This document shows positions 32,931 through 44,168 of a stretch of 64,000 nt of DNA, in pieces. Source of the DNA: an uncultured cyanobacterium. Its GTDB lineage: Bacteria > Cyanobacteriota > Cyanobacteriia > Cyanobacteriales > CAWCAG01. The DNA is taken from assembly GCA_963793425.1 (NCBI GenBank), contig CAWCAG010000009.1, forward strand, positions 192,001 to 256,000. Reading direction: 5' to 3'. Position numbers and translations under genes: made by a program. The stretch's first letter is position 1, and each line of letters opens with the position of its first letter. Under the pieces are notes generated by a model. It searched no databases. It saw only the letters and a list, made by a program, of their open reading frames with translations, and was not told where the DNA came from.

Positions 32931-32958
32931 AAAAAAGGCGGCCAACTGGCCGCTTTTT
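32931..32958. terminator. Bidirectional intrinsic terminator downstream of sir
   Basis: AAAAAAGGCGGCC-AACT-GGCCGCTTTTT. Confidence 0.8.
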
Positions 32959-33015
32959 ACTTAGAATCTTAATTTTATTCCTTTTTTGGTGTAGCTTGAA
33001 GTTTTAAAATTGTTT

Positions 33016-33033
33016 TATGTAAAGAAATGTAAA
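33016..33033 (-). promoter_or_regulatory. HLR1 (RpaB-binding) motif
   Basis: Minus strand TTTACATT-TC-TTTACATA matches KTTACAWW-N2-KTTACAWW. Confidence 0.6.
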
Positions 33034-33335
33034 TTTATTTTTGTTTGATTCTTGGCATTTTTCCCTTGACAAGGTAAAATTATCTTAGATAATGGAAATA
33101 TATGCGATTTTTTAAACTAAAGCTTATATTTCCCATTGTAAAATAATACCATTAAAGAAAAATAGAGTCAACCGATAGATAATCAAACTTCTTTGGCTAT
33201 TAGCCCAGAATTGATTCGATGAAAGATATTCGGCTCATACCGAGGCAATATCTAAATCTAAGCAATATTTTGCCATCCCCCAACAAATATCAACTCCATA
33301 CCGCAAATCAATAACAACCAGCATCGTCAAGCATT

Positions 33336-33365
33336 AAAAAAAAGGCAGCCAGTTGGCCGCCTTTT
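33336..33365 (-). terminator. Intrinsic terminator of the porin gene
   Basis: Minus strand AAAAGGCGGCC-AACT-GGCTGCC followed by a T tract. Confidence 0.85.
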
Positions 33366-33396
33366 AACTTATAAACCTTAATTTTACTCTGAGGGA

Positions 33397-35051
33397 TTAG
33401 AATGTGAAAGTTGTACGCAGAACACCAACGTAAACGGTGTCGTTAGCATCGTTATGCTCAGGGTTGAAGATGACCATCAATCCAGGAGTGATGAGAACAT
33501 TCTTGCTGACTCTGTACTTGTACAATGCTTCTAAGAGGTAAGAAGTATCAGGATCTTCTGTAACACCATCACCACCAGTTAACTTAGGAGGCATACCGAA
33601 CATAATTCCTAATACGTTACCTTCACCACCTAAATCTTTGAAAGCAACGCGGGTAGTCCAGTTCCAAATATCAGCACTATTACCAGTAATTTCGTCCTCT
33701 CCATCTACGTAACCAACCCAACCACCAACACTTATAGCATCAGTAAGGGCAAAGTCACCTTGGATACCAAAGCGGTTAGCAGATGTTGCATTTGAATCAA
33801 ATGGTCTTCTAGCGTTCTCACTACCTGTACTACCAGAAAGGTTAATATCATTGTCTCCCGTCCCGACAGGGATACCTGAATAGTAACCACGACCGTAGGT
33901 AGCAGATAAAGCTAACTTATCTTCCAGAAGACTCAAGTTAAGCTGAGCTAAAGCAGTATAACTTCCGTCGAACAAAATACCTTCTTCATCAGCAGGGTTT
34001 TCGCATCAGGAACACCATAAGCTAGTTGTAGATTGAGGTTATCGCTAAACTCATAGGTTAGTCCTGCACCTGCATCAACTGGAAAGCGGTGTACCGCAGG
34101 GTTACGACGATTGAAACGAGATAATGCACCAGTACCACTGCTAGCAAATAGAGGGTTAGTTTCCTCAAGTAGATCGTTTTCGCTAACTACTGGAGCAATG
34201 ATAAAGCTGAGTTTGTCACCTAAAGGAGCTTGATAGTACAACCTGTTGATACCAATATTATTATTTCCACTATCAGATTCATAACCCAAACGGGACATTT
34301 CTGTACCAGTCCTGTCGTCCATACCAACCATATTACCAGCTTGTAAGCGAGTCCTTAAGCGATCTCTGCCAGTGAAGCTAGTATCTAATGTTAAGCGGAC
34401 GCGATCACTGAAGGCAATATTGTCATCAACTTCATCTGTAGAATCAGCTTTGTTGTCACCAAAAGCACTATCTAAACTAAAGATAACTTCACCCTTCAAC
34501 TTAGTAGTAGTGGAGAATTGATTATCTTCAACAAAAGCAACGCGCCCTTCTAAATCATCTACCCTTGCACCCAAGACAGCTAATTCTGCTTCAAACTCTT
34601 GAACTAGGCGGCGTAGAGTAACTAAGTCTTCACCATCTACACTGCCGATATTTTCTTCAACCCACTCCATACAACGGCTAACCGCTGCGGCGAACTCATA
34701 GCGGGTGATGTTACGCTGCCCTTTGAAGGTTCCGTCAGGATAGCCGACAATACAACCGTACTTGTCCACCATCTTTTGTACAGCACTAAACCAGAAAGGA
34801 TCGATGTCTGATAGCTGGTTAACGCTAGTAACCTGATCTAATGATGTTTCGTCACCGTTGTAGTCATTGATTTGTTGCAACATCTCATCTGTAGATAGAG
34901 ATGCGTCTGCAACTTCTTGAGAAGTGCTTGCTTCGCTAGTAACTGCTTCAATAGCAGAAGTTTCAGCAGCAAAAGAACTATTTGTAACTAACAAGGAAGC
35001 GCCCAGTACTGCGGGAGCAACTTTGCAAACTTGCCAGAGCAATTTTGACAT
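33397..35051 (-). CDS. SLH-domain outer-membrane porin (SomA/B / iron-uptake porin family); apparent 1-bp frameshift near 34000
   Basis: QVTSVNQLSD, GYPDGTF...ITRYEFAA, QFSTTTKLKGEVIF, terminal LRTTFTF; adding one base gives ...PDAENPADEEGILFDGSY... Confidence 0.9.
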
Positions 35052-35298
35052 AATTTCTTAGCCTCAACACCTACAAAATATAAGGAATTTTTTAACTATC
35101 TAGCGATGTACTATGATAACCACATCTTACGGAAGATAGAGTAAACAATAGGTTAAGGAATCAGTTATTTTCACTCCCACCCTTGGCTGTTTGAAAATAA
35201 GTTATATGTAATAAGATATCTTGACTTTTAAGTAATTTTGTGCAGCAAAAATACCATGTCATAGTCACTTTCACTGATCATTGATCATTGATAACTGA

Positions 35299-36153
35299 TC
35301 ATTGACAACTAACAACTGATTCCCGCATCACATCCACTGGCACTGGTTGCTGTAACCAAATTTCTAAAGCTGCTGCACCTTGTTGAATAAGCATTTCTAA
35401 GCCACTAATAGCGATTGCACCTTGATTTTGAGACTGTTGGAGAAATTTAGTTGGGTTAGGAGTATAAATTAAGTCGTAGGCGATCGCCTCAGAAGATAAT
35501 TTCTTGATTACCTCCGCTTCCACAGGAGAATGATCAACTTGGGGAGACATTCCCACCGGGGTACTATTAATTAATAGTTGGGTTTGAGAAATTAACCCTG
35601 GTAATTCTGTCAGATTATGAACTTTTACTACGTCTTGGAGAGGAGTATTTTGCCAACTTTGTTGGAATTGCTTTAATTTATCTTCGTTGCGCCCAACCAC
35701 AGCAATTTCCGGGCAGCCTAGTTGCCAGCAACCTACTACCACAGCCCTAGCTGCCCCACCATTTCCTAAAACAATTGGGGTGATTTGACTCCAATCTTTT
35801 TGTAAATCCTGCAAGGGGGCCATGAATCCTTTAACATCGGTATTCGTGCCACTCCAACCCTCCTGATCACGCCAAACAGTGTTAACAGCACCAATCATTT
35901 TTGCTTCGGGGGAGATGTGATTGAGTAAAGGTAAGATTGCTTGTTTGTGAGGAATGGTAATATTAAACCCCACTAAACCTATCGCTTCAAAACCAGCGAT
36001 CGCTTTGCTTAAATCCTCTCGTTTGACGGGTATTGGTAAGTAAACATAATCTACTCCTAATTGTGCGATCGCAGCGTTGTGCATAACAGGAGACAAAGAA
36101 TGTTCTACCGGTTGCCCGATGACACCAAGAAGTTTAGTCTTACCGTTGATCAT
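35299..36153 (-). CDS. aroE: Shikimate dehydrogenase
   Basis: HSLSPVMHN, NITIPHK, GAVNT, NTD, GNGGAARA. Confidence 0.96.
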   Translation of the reverse strand: MINGKTKLLGVIGQPVEHSLSPVMHNAAIAQLGVDYVYLPIPVKREDLSKAIAGFEAIGLVGFNITIPHKQAILPLLNHISPEAKMIGAVNTVWRDQEGWSGTNTDVKGFMAPLQDLQKDWSQITPIVLGNGGAARAVVVGCWQLGCPEIAVVGRNEDKLKQFQQSWQNTPLQDVVKVHNLTELPGLISQTQLLINSTPVGMSPQVDHSPVEAEVIKKLSSEAIAYDLIYTPNPTKFLQQSQNQGAIAISGLEMLIQQGAAALEIWLQQPVPVDVMRESVVSCQ

Positions 36154-36465
36154 TAAAGATAGATGAGAAGTAGCGTTGCCCAGAAACTATCGTACCCGAA
36201 TACCTAACCCTAACAAATAAGTCTTACCACTCAACAACAATTTAGCTTCACTTAGCAACTTTTCTCTAGCAAAAGTTTATTCATCCTCACCCTAATTTAA
36301 TTGTCATAGCTATTCACCCTCGTTTCAGAAATAAAAGGGACAAATGAATTAAGATACATTTGCTAATGTAGTGAGGGGTCTAACCCCTCATCGAGAAAAA
36401 GTTTTTGCTTTTTTTTGGTCAAGCTACCCAATTAAAGCTGAATTAACTAGAGGGGAAAACATTCT

Positions 36466-37056
36466 GTGTCTAATCAATCTACTTTACAACATCCAAGCTA
36501 TATGGAGATTCCCAGTGGCCAGAACATGAGTACTAATGCCCCTTTCTCAAAGCTAAAGAAAAACAAACAGCAAGTATTTAACCAAAATGCTTTGAATAAG
36601 GGTGTGAATCTAACCATGATGATAACCGAAGAAATCAAGCTTGATCTGGGGAAACTCAAATGTTTTGAAATAGTAGAAAATCAGTTTGCCCATTTAGGCT
36701 TAACTTGCTGCAATGGAATCGCCATCCAAACCTCCAACCCCGCCTTCCCACCTGGGCAAGGAGAAATTTCTTTAATTAAACGAACCATTAACTATTGCCT
36801 AGAGTTGAAATTTGAGCAACCCATTAGCTCGTTTAACTGTCATGTAACTAGTTCTCGCAAAACTATCCTTTCCGGCTACGATAGCAAAGGACAATTGCTC
36901 ATACGCTCAGAAATTCCCCAATCTAACTTAGCTGGTTCTGGTTCTCAAATTTCTGCCAATGCTCCTCTAGGAATGAAAGCTAGCAATATTTCTCGAATTA
37001 CCATTGATGCTTTTGACGGTCAATTAACTGTCACAGACTTGAGTTATGGTTTCTAA
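36466..37056 (+). CDS. Cyanobacterial hypothetical protein; start uncertain
   Basis: 196-aa ORF filling the intergenic space; SNPAFPP motif. Confidence 0.55.
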   Translation: MSNQSTLQHPSYMEIPSGQNMSTNAPFSKLKKNKQQVFNQNALNKGVNLTMMITEEIKLDLGKLKCFEIVENQFAHLGLTCCNGIAIQTSNPAFPPGQGEISLIKRTINYCLELKFEQPISSFNCHVTSSRKTILSGYDSKGQLLIRSEIPQSNLAGSGSQISANAPLGMKASNISRITIDAFDGQLTVTDLSYGF

Positions 37057-37151
37057 AGTGCGAAAATTATTTTATATTTTCAACAGACACCGAACTGTGT
37101 AGTTCTCAATTGAATTATCATTAAGTACCGCAATTACTTCAGGAAACCTTC

Positions 37152-37949
37152 GTGACACAGCAGTCGTTCTGGTGGAAGCAACTTAATAAATTTGTTGATC
37201 ACCCCATTCCCAAATTGCAGCCAGGTAAACAGCCTAAAAGAGAAGAGCGAATCTTCTTATCATTTTTTCTCAATCAATTTCAGGGAGGAAGTGGTTGGTT
37301 ATTACTTTTGTTCGCTATTGTAGCAATGCTATTCTGGAACTGGAAGCTGCTCTTAGCTACCAGCACTGGGGTAGGGGCAATGGTTGGTATTTATCTGTTC
37401 CAAGGACGAGACTGGCAAACCTACTGGTTAAAATTGAGACAGTTTTTCAGTGGTACGAATCGTCAGTTAACCCTAGCTGTTACTAGTGGAGGCATGACAG
37501 CATTATGTACCTATATGGCTGCTTCTATTTGGGTTGATGCCCAAAACCATTGGTTAGCCACAGGAGCAATTATTCAAGGTTTAGGTATCCTTCTCACTCT
37601 CGTGCTTTTAGTTTGGCAAATCATCACTCGTTACGAAGACAAAGAAGAAAGCCGCTACGACAGAATTTTGACTAATTTAACCCAACCTGATTCTCTCCAA
37701 CGCTTAATCGCTGTACGCAAGCTAACTCGTTTAGCAAAAAATCCTCGATTTCAACAAGTTTACGGACTTCAAGTTGCTGAATATTTTCGCCTCATGCTCA
37801 CCAAAGAAAGCGAAGAAGTTATTCGCGAAGCTATTCTAGATGCTTTACAGGTTTGGGACAATAAGCAAATACCAGAAAAAAGCTGTCCCCCCCTACAAAT
37901 GCCCATTAACCTAAAACGTACTACAACCAGAGTTCATAGGCGAGTCTAG
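37152..37949 (+). CDS. Hypothetical membrane protein with C-terminal HEAT-like helices
   Basis: About 4 TMs then LQRLIAVRKL...VIREAILDALQ. Confidence 0.65.
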   Translation: MTQQSFWWKQLNKFVDHPIPKLQPGKQPKREERIFLSFFLNQFQGGSGWLLLLFAIVAMLFWNWKLLLATSTGVGAMVGIYLFQGRDWQTYWLKLRQFFSGTNRQLTLAVTSGGMTALCTYMAASIWVDAQNHWLATGAIIQGLGILLTLVLLVWQIITRYEDKEESRYDRILTNLTQPDSLQRLIAVRKLTRLAKNPRFQQVYGLQVAEYFRLMLTKESEEVIREAILDALQVWDNKQIPEKSCPPLQMPINLKRTTTRVHRRV

Positions 37950-38012
37950 GTACTCCCGGCTCCCTACTCTCTCCCTTCACAAACAACCTGTGCTGCCAAA
38001 TAAGATTTGATA

Positions 38013-39422
38013 TCACCTCCTCCCCTGTCCAGAAGGATTAGGCCAAGAAATTCTTTCTTGTGTTGCTAGCAAATTAGAAACTGCCGCTGCACCATAGAGA
38101 TTAAGGTGGCTAGGATCTGCGAAATAACTATTTTGATTTAACCAAATTTTCCCCAGATCAACAAAAGTAAAGCCTAATTGATTGGATTTTTGTTGCATTA
38201 CCTGGACAAACTGCTGTTCAGCATTTTGCCTGGTGGAATCGAGATAGGTTTGGGTCAAAGGTAAATTAACAAAGACCAAGGGTATTCCTGCTTGTCTGGT
38301 ATAAGCAACCAAACGACTTAGTGCTTCTACTTGCTGCCCTCCCAGGCTAAAGTTTTGGTAATCCCCATCATAAAGACCTGCAACCCTTGGATATTGTTGA
38401 AAATAGGTATTAGGGTCAAAGCGAAAAGATATCGGTAGAAAACCATTAGGATCAATAGCGTTAACATCTATAGCAGCAATAGCAGCTTCAGTAGACCAAG
38501 GTAAAAATTGAGCCAAATCAACTTGAGACAACCAACGGAGAAACTTTGGTTGTGAAGAGACATTATCAAATTCTTTACAAACATTCCCTTTACCCGACGG
38601 TCTTTGCGGCAATTGAGGAAGATTGCCAGCCAGGACGTTGCGATATCCTGCTGAAGAAATAATGCCATTATAAGTCCGGTCTACTCTACCATCATTGAAA
38701 GCTCTTACTCCATCAGCCCAAATGATTAGCCGGGGTTTTTGGTCAGTAGCCAGGATGTTTTGGATGATTAAATCTACAACTTGGGCCGTTGCTCCATTAA
38801 CCCCTAAATTAAATACCTGTAGTTTTCCTTGTCCATTCCTCATTAAGGCAGATTCAAGTTGTCTAGGGTTTACTCCTTGTACTGCGCGGGAACTTCCTAC
38901 CACCAAAACATCTGGGGTTCCCATAGCAGCAACATAGGAAAGGTAAAGTAAGAGTTGTTTATCAAGAAACTGGCTGTTAAAACTGGCAAAAGGTATCTGA
39001 GTGGGGGCCGCTAATGCCTTTTGTTGAGCTACTGCAAGATTTTTTTGATATTCAAGAACTTTTTTTTGAGCAAAAGTTTTTTCTGGACTGGAAATTGGAA
39101 TTGTTTGCATCCCTTCGATGGCTTGTATCCAGTTTAAAGCCACCGTGTTCCAATCTTGAGCTGATTGAGCCGACTGAGCGAGGGTAGCTGCCCTAAAAGC
39201 CGTTTCGAGAGCCTGAGCCAATGAGCTACCTGGAACACAATTGGTTGCGGCTTTAGCTTGTTTAGAACGGGAAAAGACTTCTGAGGGGGAAATTTTGATG
39301 GGCGAACAGCCTGCTGTTGCGCTCAAAAGTATCAATAGGGTTAGTTTGAATATTACCCTCCCTTTAGCAAGGGAGCTATTGATGTTGAATTTGCTTTGAG
39401 AAAAAAGCCAGAATCGAGGCAT
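38013..39422 (-). CDS. Putative lipoprotein with SGNH-like (DUF1574-type) domain
   Basis: TAGC lipobox-like; VVGSSRA, NLGVNGA, FADPSHLN. Confidence 0.7.
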   Translation of the reverse strand: MPRFWLFSQSKFNINSSLAKGRVIFKLTLLILLSATAGCSPIKISPSEVFSRSKQAKAATNCVPGSSLAQALETAFRAATLAQSAQSAQDWNTVALNWIQAIEGMQTIPISSPEKTFAQKKVLEYQKNLAVAQQKALAAPTQIPFASFNSQFLDKQLLLYLSYVAAMGTPDVLVVGSSRAVQGVNPRQLESALMRNGQGKLQVFNLGVNGATAQVVDLIIQNILATDQKPRLIIWADGVRAFNDGRVDRTYNGIISSAGYRNVLAGNLPQLPQRPSGKGNVCKEFDNVSSQPKFLRWLSQVDLAQFLPWSTEAAIAAIDVNAIDPNGFLPISFRFDPNTYFQQYPRVAGLYDGDYQNFSLGGQQVEALSRLVAYTRQAGIPLVFVNLPLTQTYLDSTRQNAEQQFVQVMQQKSNQLGFTFVDLGKIWLNQNSYFADPSHLNLYGAAAVSNLLATQERISWPNPSGQGRR

Positions 39423-40213
39423 AGCAGTTTGTTCAGAGTTGGTGACAAGGTTATGACTCTCTGGTTAAGCTCTAGGCTTAAGTATGAAAACTTAGTTTAT
39501 AGCAGCCTTAAGAAGATGATTTTTAACCTTAAAACCAATTTAAACCAGAAAATCGCCTTTTTTTTACCTTAGAGCCTTCCATTTTCTAGAGAGTTTGTTA
39601 ACTTAGTATGCAGTCCTTCTTTTGGAATTAGAACATATGTATTGATTAAAGAAATTATTCACCTCTGAATTTGGCAATATTAAGGGGATAACAGGAGGAA
39701 GTTTGTAATTTTTTGCGTATTATGCTGTCATTTTTGAATTAATTCATTAAAATGGCTGAGGATCTTTGAGTTAGTTCTCAGAGATAATTAGATTCAAAAG
39801 TTACAAACCTTGGCTGAGATTTAGTTCTTAACCTCAAGAACTAATGCTAATTCTGTCTATTACTCAACTTAGTTAGAGTTAGAAACCGAATAGCTAAATA
39901 GTTAATCTTCATTTCTGATCTGAAAATTAACTTTGAAGCTAATAAAAAGTTGGGAAATTAGACCCAAATTTTGTAAGAAAGGCTACAATCGGAAAAGTCT
40001 TCTTTAGAACTTTTTAGAAGACTAGCATTTGGTAGAATAAAGCATTTCTACCTAAAGTTAAGTCTTGAGGAAAACCTTCTCAATTTCTTATATACCTAAC
40101 GGTTGAAGAATATTTTGAAGGACTACCCAATTTAGACATAACAACTGACCAATTTTGAGTTCACAAAAACTAATCTTCTGGTCTTGAACTGAAGGAGCAA
40201 GAGGAAATAAGGC

Positions 40214-41350
40214 ATGACGCAGGCCAGCGAAGTACTCGCAACTATCACCCAGCCTCATAGTGAGTTGGAACTATTAATCGACGAAGATGCAAACTCAACC
40301 CCCCCAGGTCGAGAAGACCTGAATGGGTCATCTGGAGAGGAAAGCAATGGCAAAGTCGCCAAGATGACTACCCCTCGCCGTCGTGAACAAACAAAAAAGA
40401 AACCATTCACCGAAGATTCTATTCGTATTTATCTTCAAGAAATTGGTCGTATTAGACTGTTGCGGGCCGATGAGGAAATCGAACTCGCCAGGAAAATCGC
40501 CGATTTATTGGAACTAGAGCGCATTCGAGAGCAACTCATCGATCAATTAGATCGTGAACCTAATGATCGCGAATGGGCAGAACAAGTCAATATGGAGTTG
40601 CCCAAATTCCGTCGCCGCCTCTTTATGGGTCGGCGTGCCAAAGATAAAATGGTTCAATCCAATTTGCGCCTAGTGGTATCCATTGCCAAGAAGTATATGA
40701 ATCGTGGTCTATCTTTCCAAGACTTGATTCAGGAAGGCTCTTTGGGCTTAATTCGGGCAGCGGAAAAGTTTGATCATGAAAAAGGTTATAAATTTTCAAC
40801 CTATGCAACTTGGTGGATTAGACAGGCAATAACCAGAGCGATCGCCGATCAATCTCGTACTATTCGTCTACCAGTTCACCTTTATGAAACTATTTCTCGG
40901 ATTAAGAAGACTACCAAGATTCTTTCTCAAGAAATGGGACGCAAACCTACTGAAGAAGAAATCGCAACTCGCATGGAAATGACCATCGAGAAGTTACGAT
41001 TTATTGCTAAGTCTGCTCAGTTACCTATATCTTTGGAAACGCCTATTGGTAAAGAAGAAGATTCCCGCTTAGGGGACTTTATTGAAGCTGATGGGGAAAC
41101 TCCAGAAGACCAAGTTTCTAAGAATTTGCTCCGGGAAGATTTAGAAAATGTTCTCGAGACCCTTAGCCCTCGCGAACGTGATGTATTGCGTTTACGTTAT
41201 GGCTTGGATGATGGCAGAATGAAAACCTTAGAGGAAATTGGTCAAATCTTTAATGTTACCCGTGAACGCATTCGCCAAATTGAAGCGAAAGCTTTGCGGA
41301 AGTTGCGTCATCCTAACCGCAACAGCATTCTTAAAGAGTATATTCGGTAA
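40214..41350 (+). CDS. sigA: Principal RNA polymerase sigma factor
   Basis: [62 protein letters not shown]. Confidence 0.97.
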   Translation: MTQASEVLATITQPHSELELLIDEDANSTPPGREDLNGSSGEESNGKVAKMTTPRRREQTKKKPFTEDSIRIYLQEIGRIRLLRADEEIELARKIADLLELERIREQLIDQLDREPNDREWAEQVNMELPKFRRRLFMGRRAKDKMVQSNLRLVVSIAKKYMNRGLSFQDLIQEGSLGLIRAAEKFDHEKGYKFSTYATWWIRQAITRAIADQSRTIRLPVHLYETISRIKKTTKILSQEMGRKPTEEEIATRMEMTIEKLRFIAKSAQLPISLETPIGKEEDSRLGDFIEADGETPEDQVSKNLLREDLENVLETLSPRERDVLRLRYGLDDGRMKTLEEIGQIFNVTRERIRQIEAKALRKLRHPNRNSILKEYIR

Positions 41351-41524
41351 CCAATAGTAGACAGTAGGTAATTGGTAAGAAGCTATCTCACTATTTGGGG
41401 GGCAATTGCCTACTACTACATTTTTCTTACTTAGATTAATGAAGATAAATAACTTAATGGGAAAAGGGAAACACAATATTTTCCTTTTCCATTTACATCT
41501 AATAGGTAATAATTCAAAAGCAAG

Positions 41525-41555
41525 AAAGCTGAGTTCATAGAGAAAACTCAGCTTT
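41525..41555. terminator. Hairpin between the convergent sigA and hli genes
   Basis: AAAGCTGAGTT-N9-AACTCAGCTTT. Confidence 0.6.
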
Positions 41556-41581
41556 TAAGATCAAAGATTGATAGAGGAATC

Positions 41582-41746
41582 TTACAGCAATCCTAGAAAA
41601 TGAAGTACTCCTTGACCGGAGAGTAACTCAACAGCTAAAGCTGATACAAAACCAATCATTGCTAAACGGCCGTTCCAGTTTTCTGCACCGGGTGTAAAAC
41701 CAAATTCAAATTCGTTACGCTTCTCTTGCACAATCTTATCTTCCAT
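41582..41746 (-). CDS. hli: High-light-inducible protein (Hlip/Scp), 54 aa; missing from the ORF track
   Basis: [54 protein letters not shown]; [11 protein letters not shown] chlorophyll-binding motif; AAGGAG SD. Confidence 0.95.
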   Translation of the reverse strand: MEDKIVQEKRNEFEFGFTPGAENWNGRLAMIGFVSALAVELLSGQGVLHFLGLL

Positions 41747-41782
41747 GATTTATTCTCCTTACAGTTGCTGACAGCAAAGGTG

Positions 41783-41800
41783 TATGTAAAATAATGTAAC
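41783..41800 (-). promoter_or_regulatory. HLR1 (RpaB-binding) motif upstream of hli
   Basis: Minus strand GTTACATT-AT-TTTACATA, about 37 bp upstream of the ATG. Confidence 0.85.
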
Positions 41801-41926
41801 GAAGTTTTTTTGAAGTTGCAACAATTCTTAGTATTAAAAAAATAAACTCTGTCTTGGGGTGAAGATCATTTATCATTTGTCATTAAACATTTATCATTAG
41901 TAATACTATTTCTTTGAGGAATTATT

Positions 41927-42352
41927 TTGGGACTCAAGACAATTATTGTGGCTATAGATAGTTCAGAAAGGTCAAGGCATGAAGTTGTAGCAGCCCTCAA
42001 AGCTTTCTATATCCAACCAATAACTAAAATAATTTTCTCCCACGTCTCTCCTACATTAAATCTTGCTGATGAAGATGCTTATAAACCTCATCAGCCTCAA
42101 GAAGAAACCCATCGTCGGTTAGAAGGAGAAGTTAAGTCCTATCAAGATCAGTTAGGGGGTAAGTGCGAGTTAGAAATAGTGAGTGGCGATCCAGCAGAAG
42201 AGATTGTTCGTCTGGCTAATATTTATGATGCTGACTTGATTGTAATTGGTAATCGCGGTTTGAAGGGTTTTAAGCGAGTTATAAAAGGCTCTGTGAGCAG
42301 TCAAGTTGTATCTGATGGCCCTTGCTCGGTTTTGGTGGTTAAGGCTGGTTAG
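41927..42352 (+). CDS. Universal stress protein
   Basis: IIVAIDSS, GDPAEEIV...ADLIVIGNRG...GSVSSQVV...PCSVLVV. Confidence 0.9.
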   Translation: MGLKTIIVAIDSSERSRHEVVAALKAFYIQPITKIIFSHVSPTLNLADEDAYKPHQPQEETHRRLEGEVKSYQDQLGGKCELEIVSGDPAEEIVRLANIYDADLIVIGNRGLKGFKRVIKGSVSSQVVSDGPCSVLVVKAG

Positions 42353-42573
42353 CAAGCGACTCATTCATTGGCATAAGCATTATCCTAGGAATAAGTAAAA
42401 AGCAAAAAGCTCTTACTAATCAAGATGATTCTCAATTGGGAACGAGAACTTTGGCACGATCGCCTGAAGAATACTAAAAAATTGCCCCCTATTGAATCAG
42501 ATCAAGCTTCACCGCTTCGGAAATTCCCTTGTCTGTCATGATGCTAACTCCGCATTAGAGTGTTTTTGCAAAG

Positions 42574-43194
42574 TTATTTATTTGATTTACTTTCTAAAAC
42601 AAAAAAGTAATGATATGGGTGTAAAGCATCTTGGTGTTCTCTGATAATATTCAAACCAGCATTAGTGATCGAGTTGGTAATGCGCTTTTTCGGGTATCCT
42701 TTTAAACCAATTTCCCAGCAATGTTCATCAGGAGTTACTGGTTTTTCGCTCCAAAATTTGGGGATTTGTAGGAGCAAACTGCGAGGTCTTTTATTAAAAG
42801 AAAAGTGAAGTTGTAAAGAAAGGTATTCAGTATTATAAGGTAAGGAAATAACCACAAATTTTTTAGTGGATTGAGCAATTTTCTCTAAAGCAACCTCAAA
42901 CTTATCATAAGAAATATGTTCTAGAACCTGAAAGATGACTATGGCATCAAAAGTCTGTTGAGGAATTTGGAAATCGCTAGTCAAGTCGAGAATTAAGTCT
43001 GGTTTTAAGCTCGCATCAAAATCTGCTGTGGTGACGTTATATCCATATCTGGCTAATATTTCTGAAAACAAAGAGTTATATGTGCCAATTTCCAGTATAT
43101 CTTTAACTTGGCGACCAAGAGAACGAATAATTCTAGCTTGATTATAATAGCTAATTAGTCTATTTTTGCTTAAATATTCTTGTGCTGTAGTCAT
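42574..43194 (-). CDS. Class I SAM-dependent methyltransferase
   Basis: ILEIGT, FDAIVIFQVLEHI, EHCWEIG. Confidence 0.8.
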   Translation of the reverse strand: MTTAQEYLSKNRLISYYNQARIIRSLGRQVKDILEIGTYNSLFSEILARYGYNVTTADFDASLKPDLILDLTSDFQIPQQTFDAIVIFQVLEHISYDKFEVALEKIAQSTKKFVVISLPYNTEYLSLQLHFSFNKRPRSLLLQIPKFWSEKPVTPDEHCWEIGLKGYPKKRITNSITNAGLNIIREHQDALHPYHYFFVLESKSNK

Positions 43195-43222
43195 TAATAA
43201 CCTCGAAATTTCCTCTACTTAC

Positions 43223-44164
43223 TTAGCTTTTTAATAACTTCTTCAGCTTACTTTGTTGTTTAGGTATCAAAACAATCGCCAATATTTTTAGAGCAACAAC
43301 TGAAATTAGTTTACTTCGCTGCTTGATCAACCAAAAATTAGATTGCCAAGCTTTAAACAAAAATTTAAAAGCTTGTATACCTTTAACCCTAGACATTTCT
43401 CCTTCTAGAACTCTAAAAAGTAAATATTGATAAAAGTTACTAATACTTTGTCTTTTAAGATACCCAAAAGAACTAGGAGCATTACAAAACATTTTCTCAA
43501 TAACTTCTAATCCTTGCTTTTCCATTTTCACTAAATTACTAGAAGCGGAATTGCTTCCCATCCGATATAAAATATGAGTGCAAGGTAACACCACAAAATT
43601 GTATTTAGCTGCCAGACGAGTCCATAATTCCCAATCTTCGCCATAAGCTAAACATTCATCAAAGTTACCAACTTCCTGCAAAGCTGCTTTTTTAATTAAG
43701 GGATTAGAACCGTTTTCTACAAAATTATGCACCAATATCTCCTGATAAACATTGCCATTTAAGGTTTTATGCTCACCTGGATGTAAAAAACTACCGGATT
43801 CATCAATATAATCAGTCCAACTATAAGCTACTGCTGCTTGAGGGTTGTTTTTTAATGCTTCTAGTTGTTCTTTTAGTTTATTAGGTTGCCAAAGATCATC
43901 TGCATCTAAAAAAGCAATATATTCACCTTTAGCTAAAGAGATTCCTAGATTGCGGCTAGCACTAACCCCACGATTTTGTTGGGACAATACTTTGATTCTC
44001 TTATCGGCAATTGTAGCTATCTTATCTAAAGTTGAATCATTAGAACCGTCATCAATAACTAATATTTCAAAATCAGACCAAGTTTGTTGTAAAACAGAAT
44101 TAATAGTTAATTGAATTGTTTTTTCAGCATTGTAAGCCGGAATAATCACAGAGATAGTAGGCAT
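43223..44164 (-). CDS. GT2 glycosyltransferase
   Basis: SVIIPAYN, DDGSND, FLDADD, EDWELW. Confidence 0.9.
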   Translation of the reverse strand: MPTISVIIPAYNAEKTIQLTINSVLQQTWSDFEILVIDDGSNDSTLDKIATIADKRIKVLSQQNRGVSASRNLGISLAKGEYIAFLDADDLWQPNKLKEQLEALKNNPQAAVAYSWTDYIDESGSFLHPGEHKTLNGNVYQEILVHNFVENGSNPLIKKAALQEVGNFDECLAYGEDWELWTRLAAKYNFVVLPCTHILYRMGSNSASSNLVKMEKQGLEVIEKMFCNAPSSFGYLKRQSISNFYQYLLFRVLEGEMSRVKGIQAFKFLFKAWQSNFWLIKQRSKLISVVALKILAIVLIPKQQSKLKKLLKS

Positions 44165-44168
44165 AAGC

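Noticed and set aside
32931..33010. Yfr1 sRNA next to the porin
   Set aside because: The ACTCCTCACAC motif is absent.
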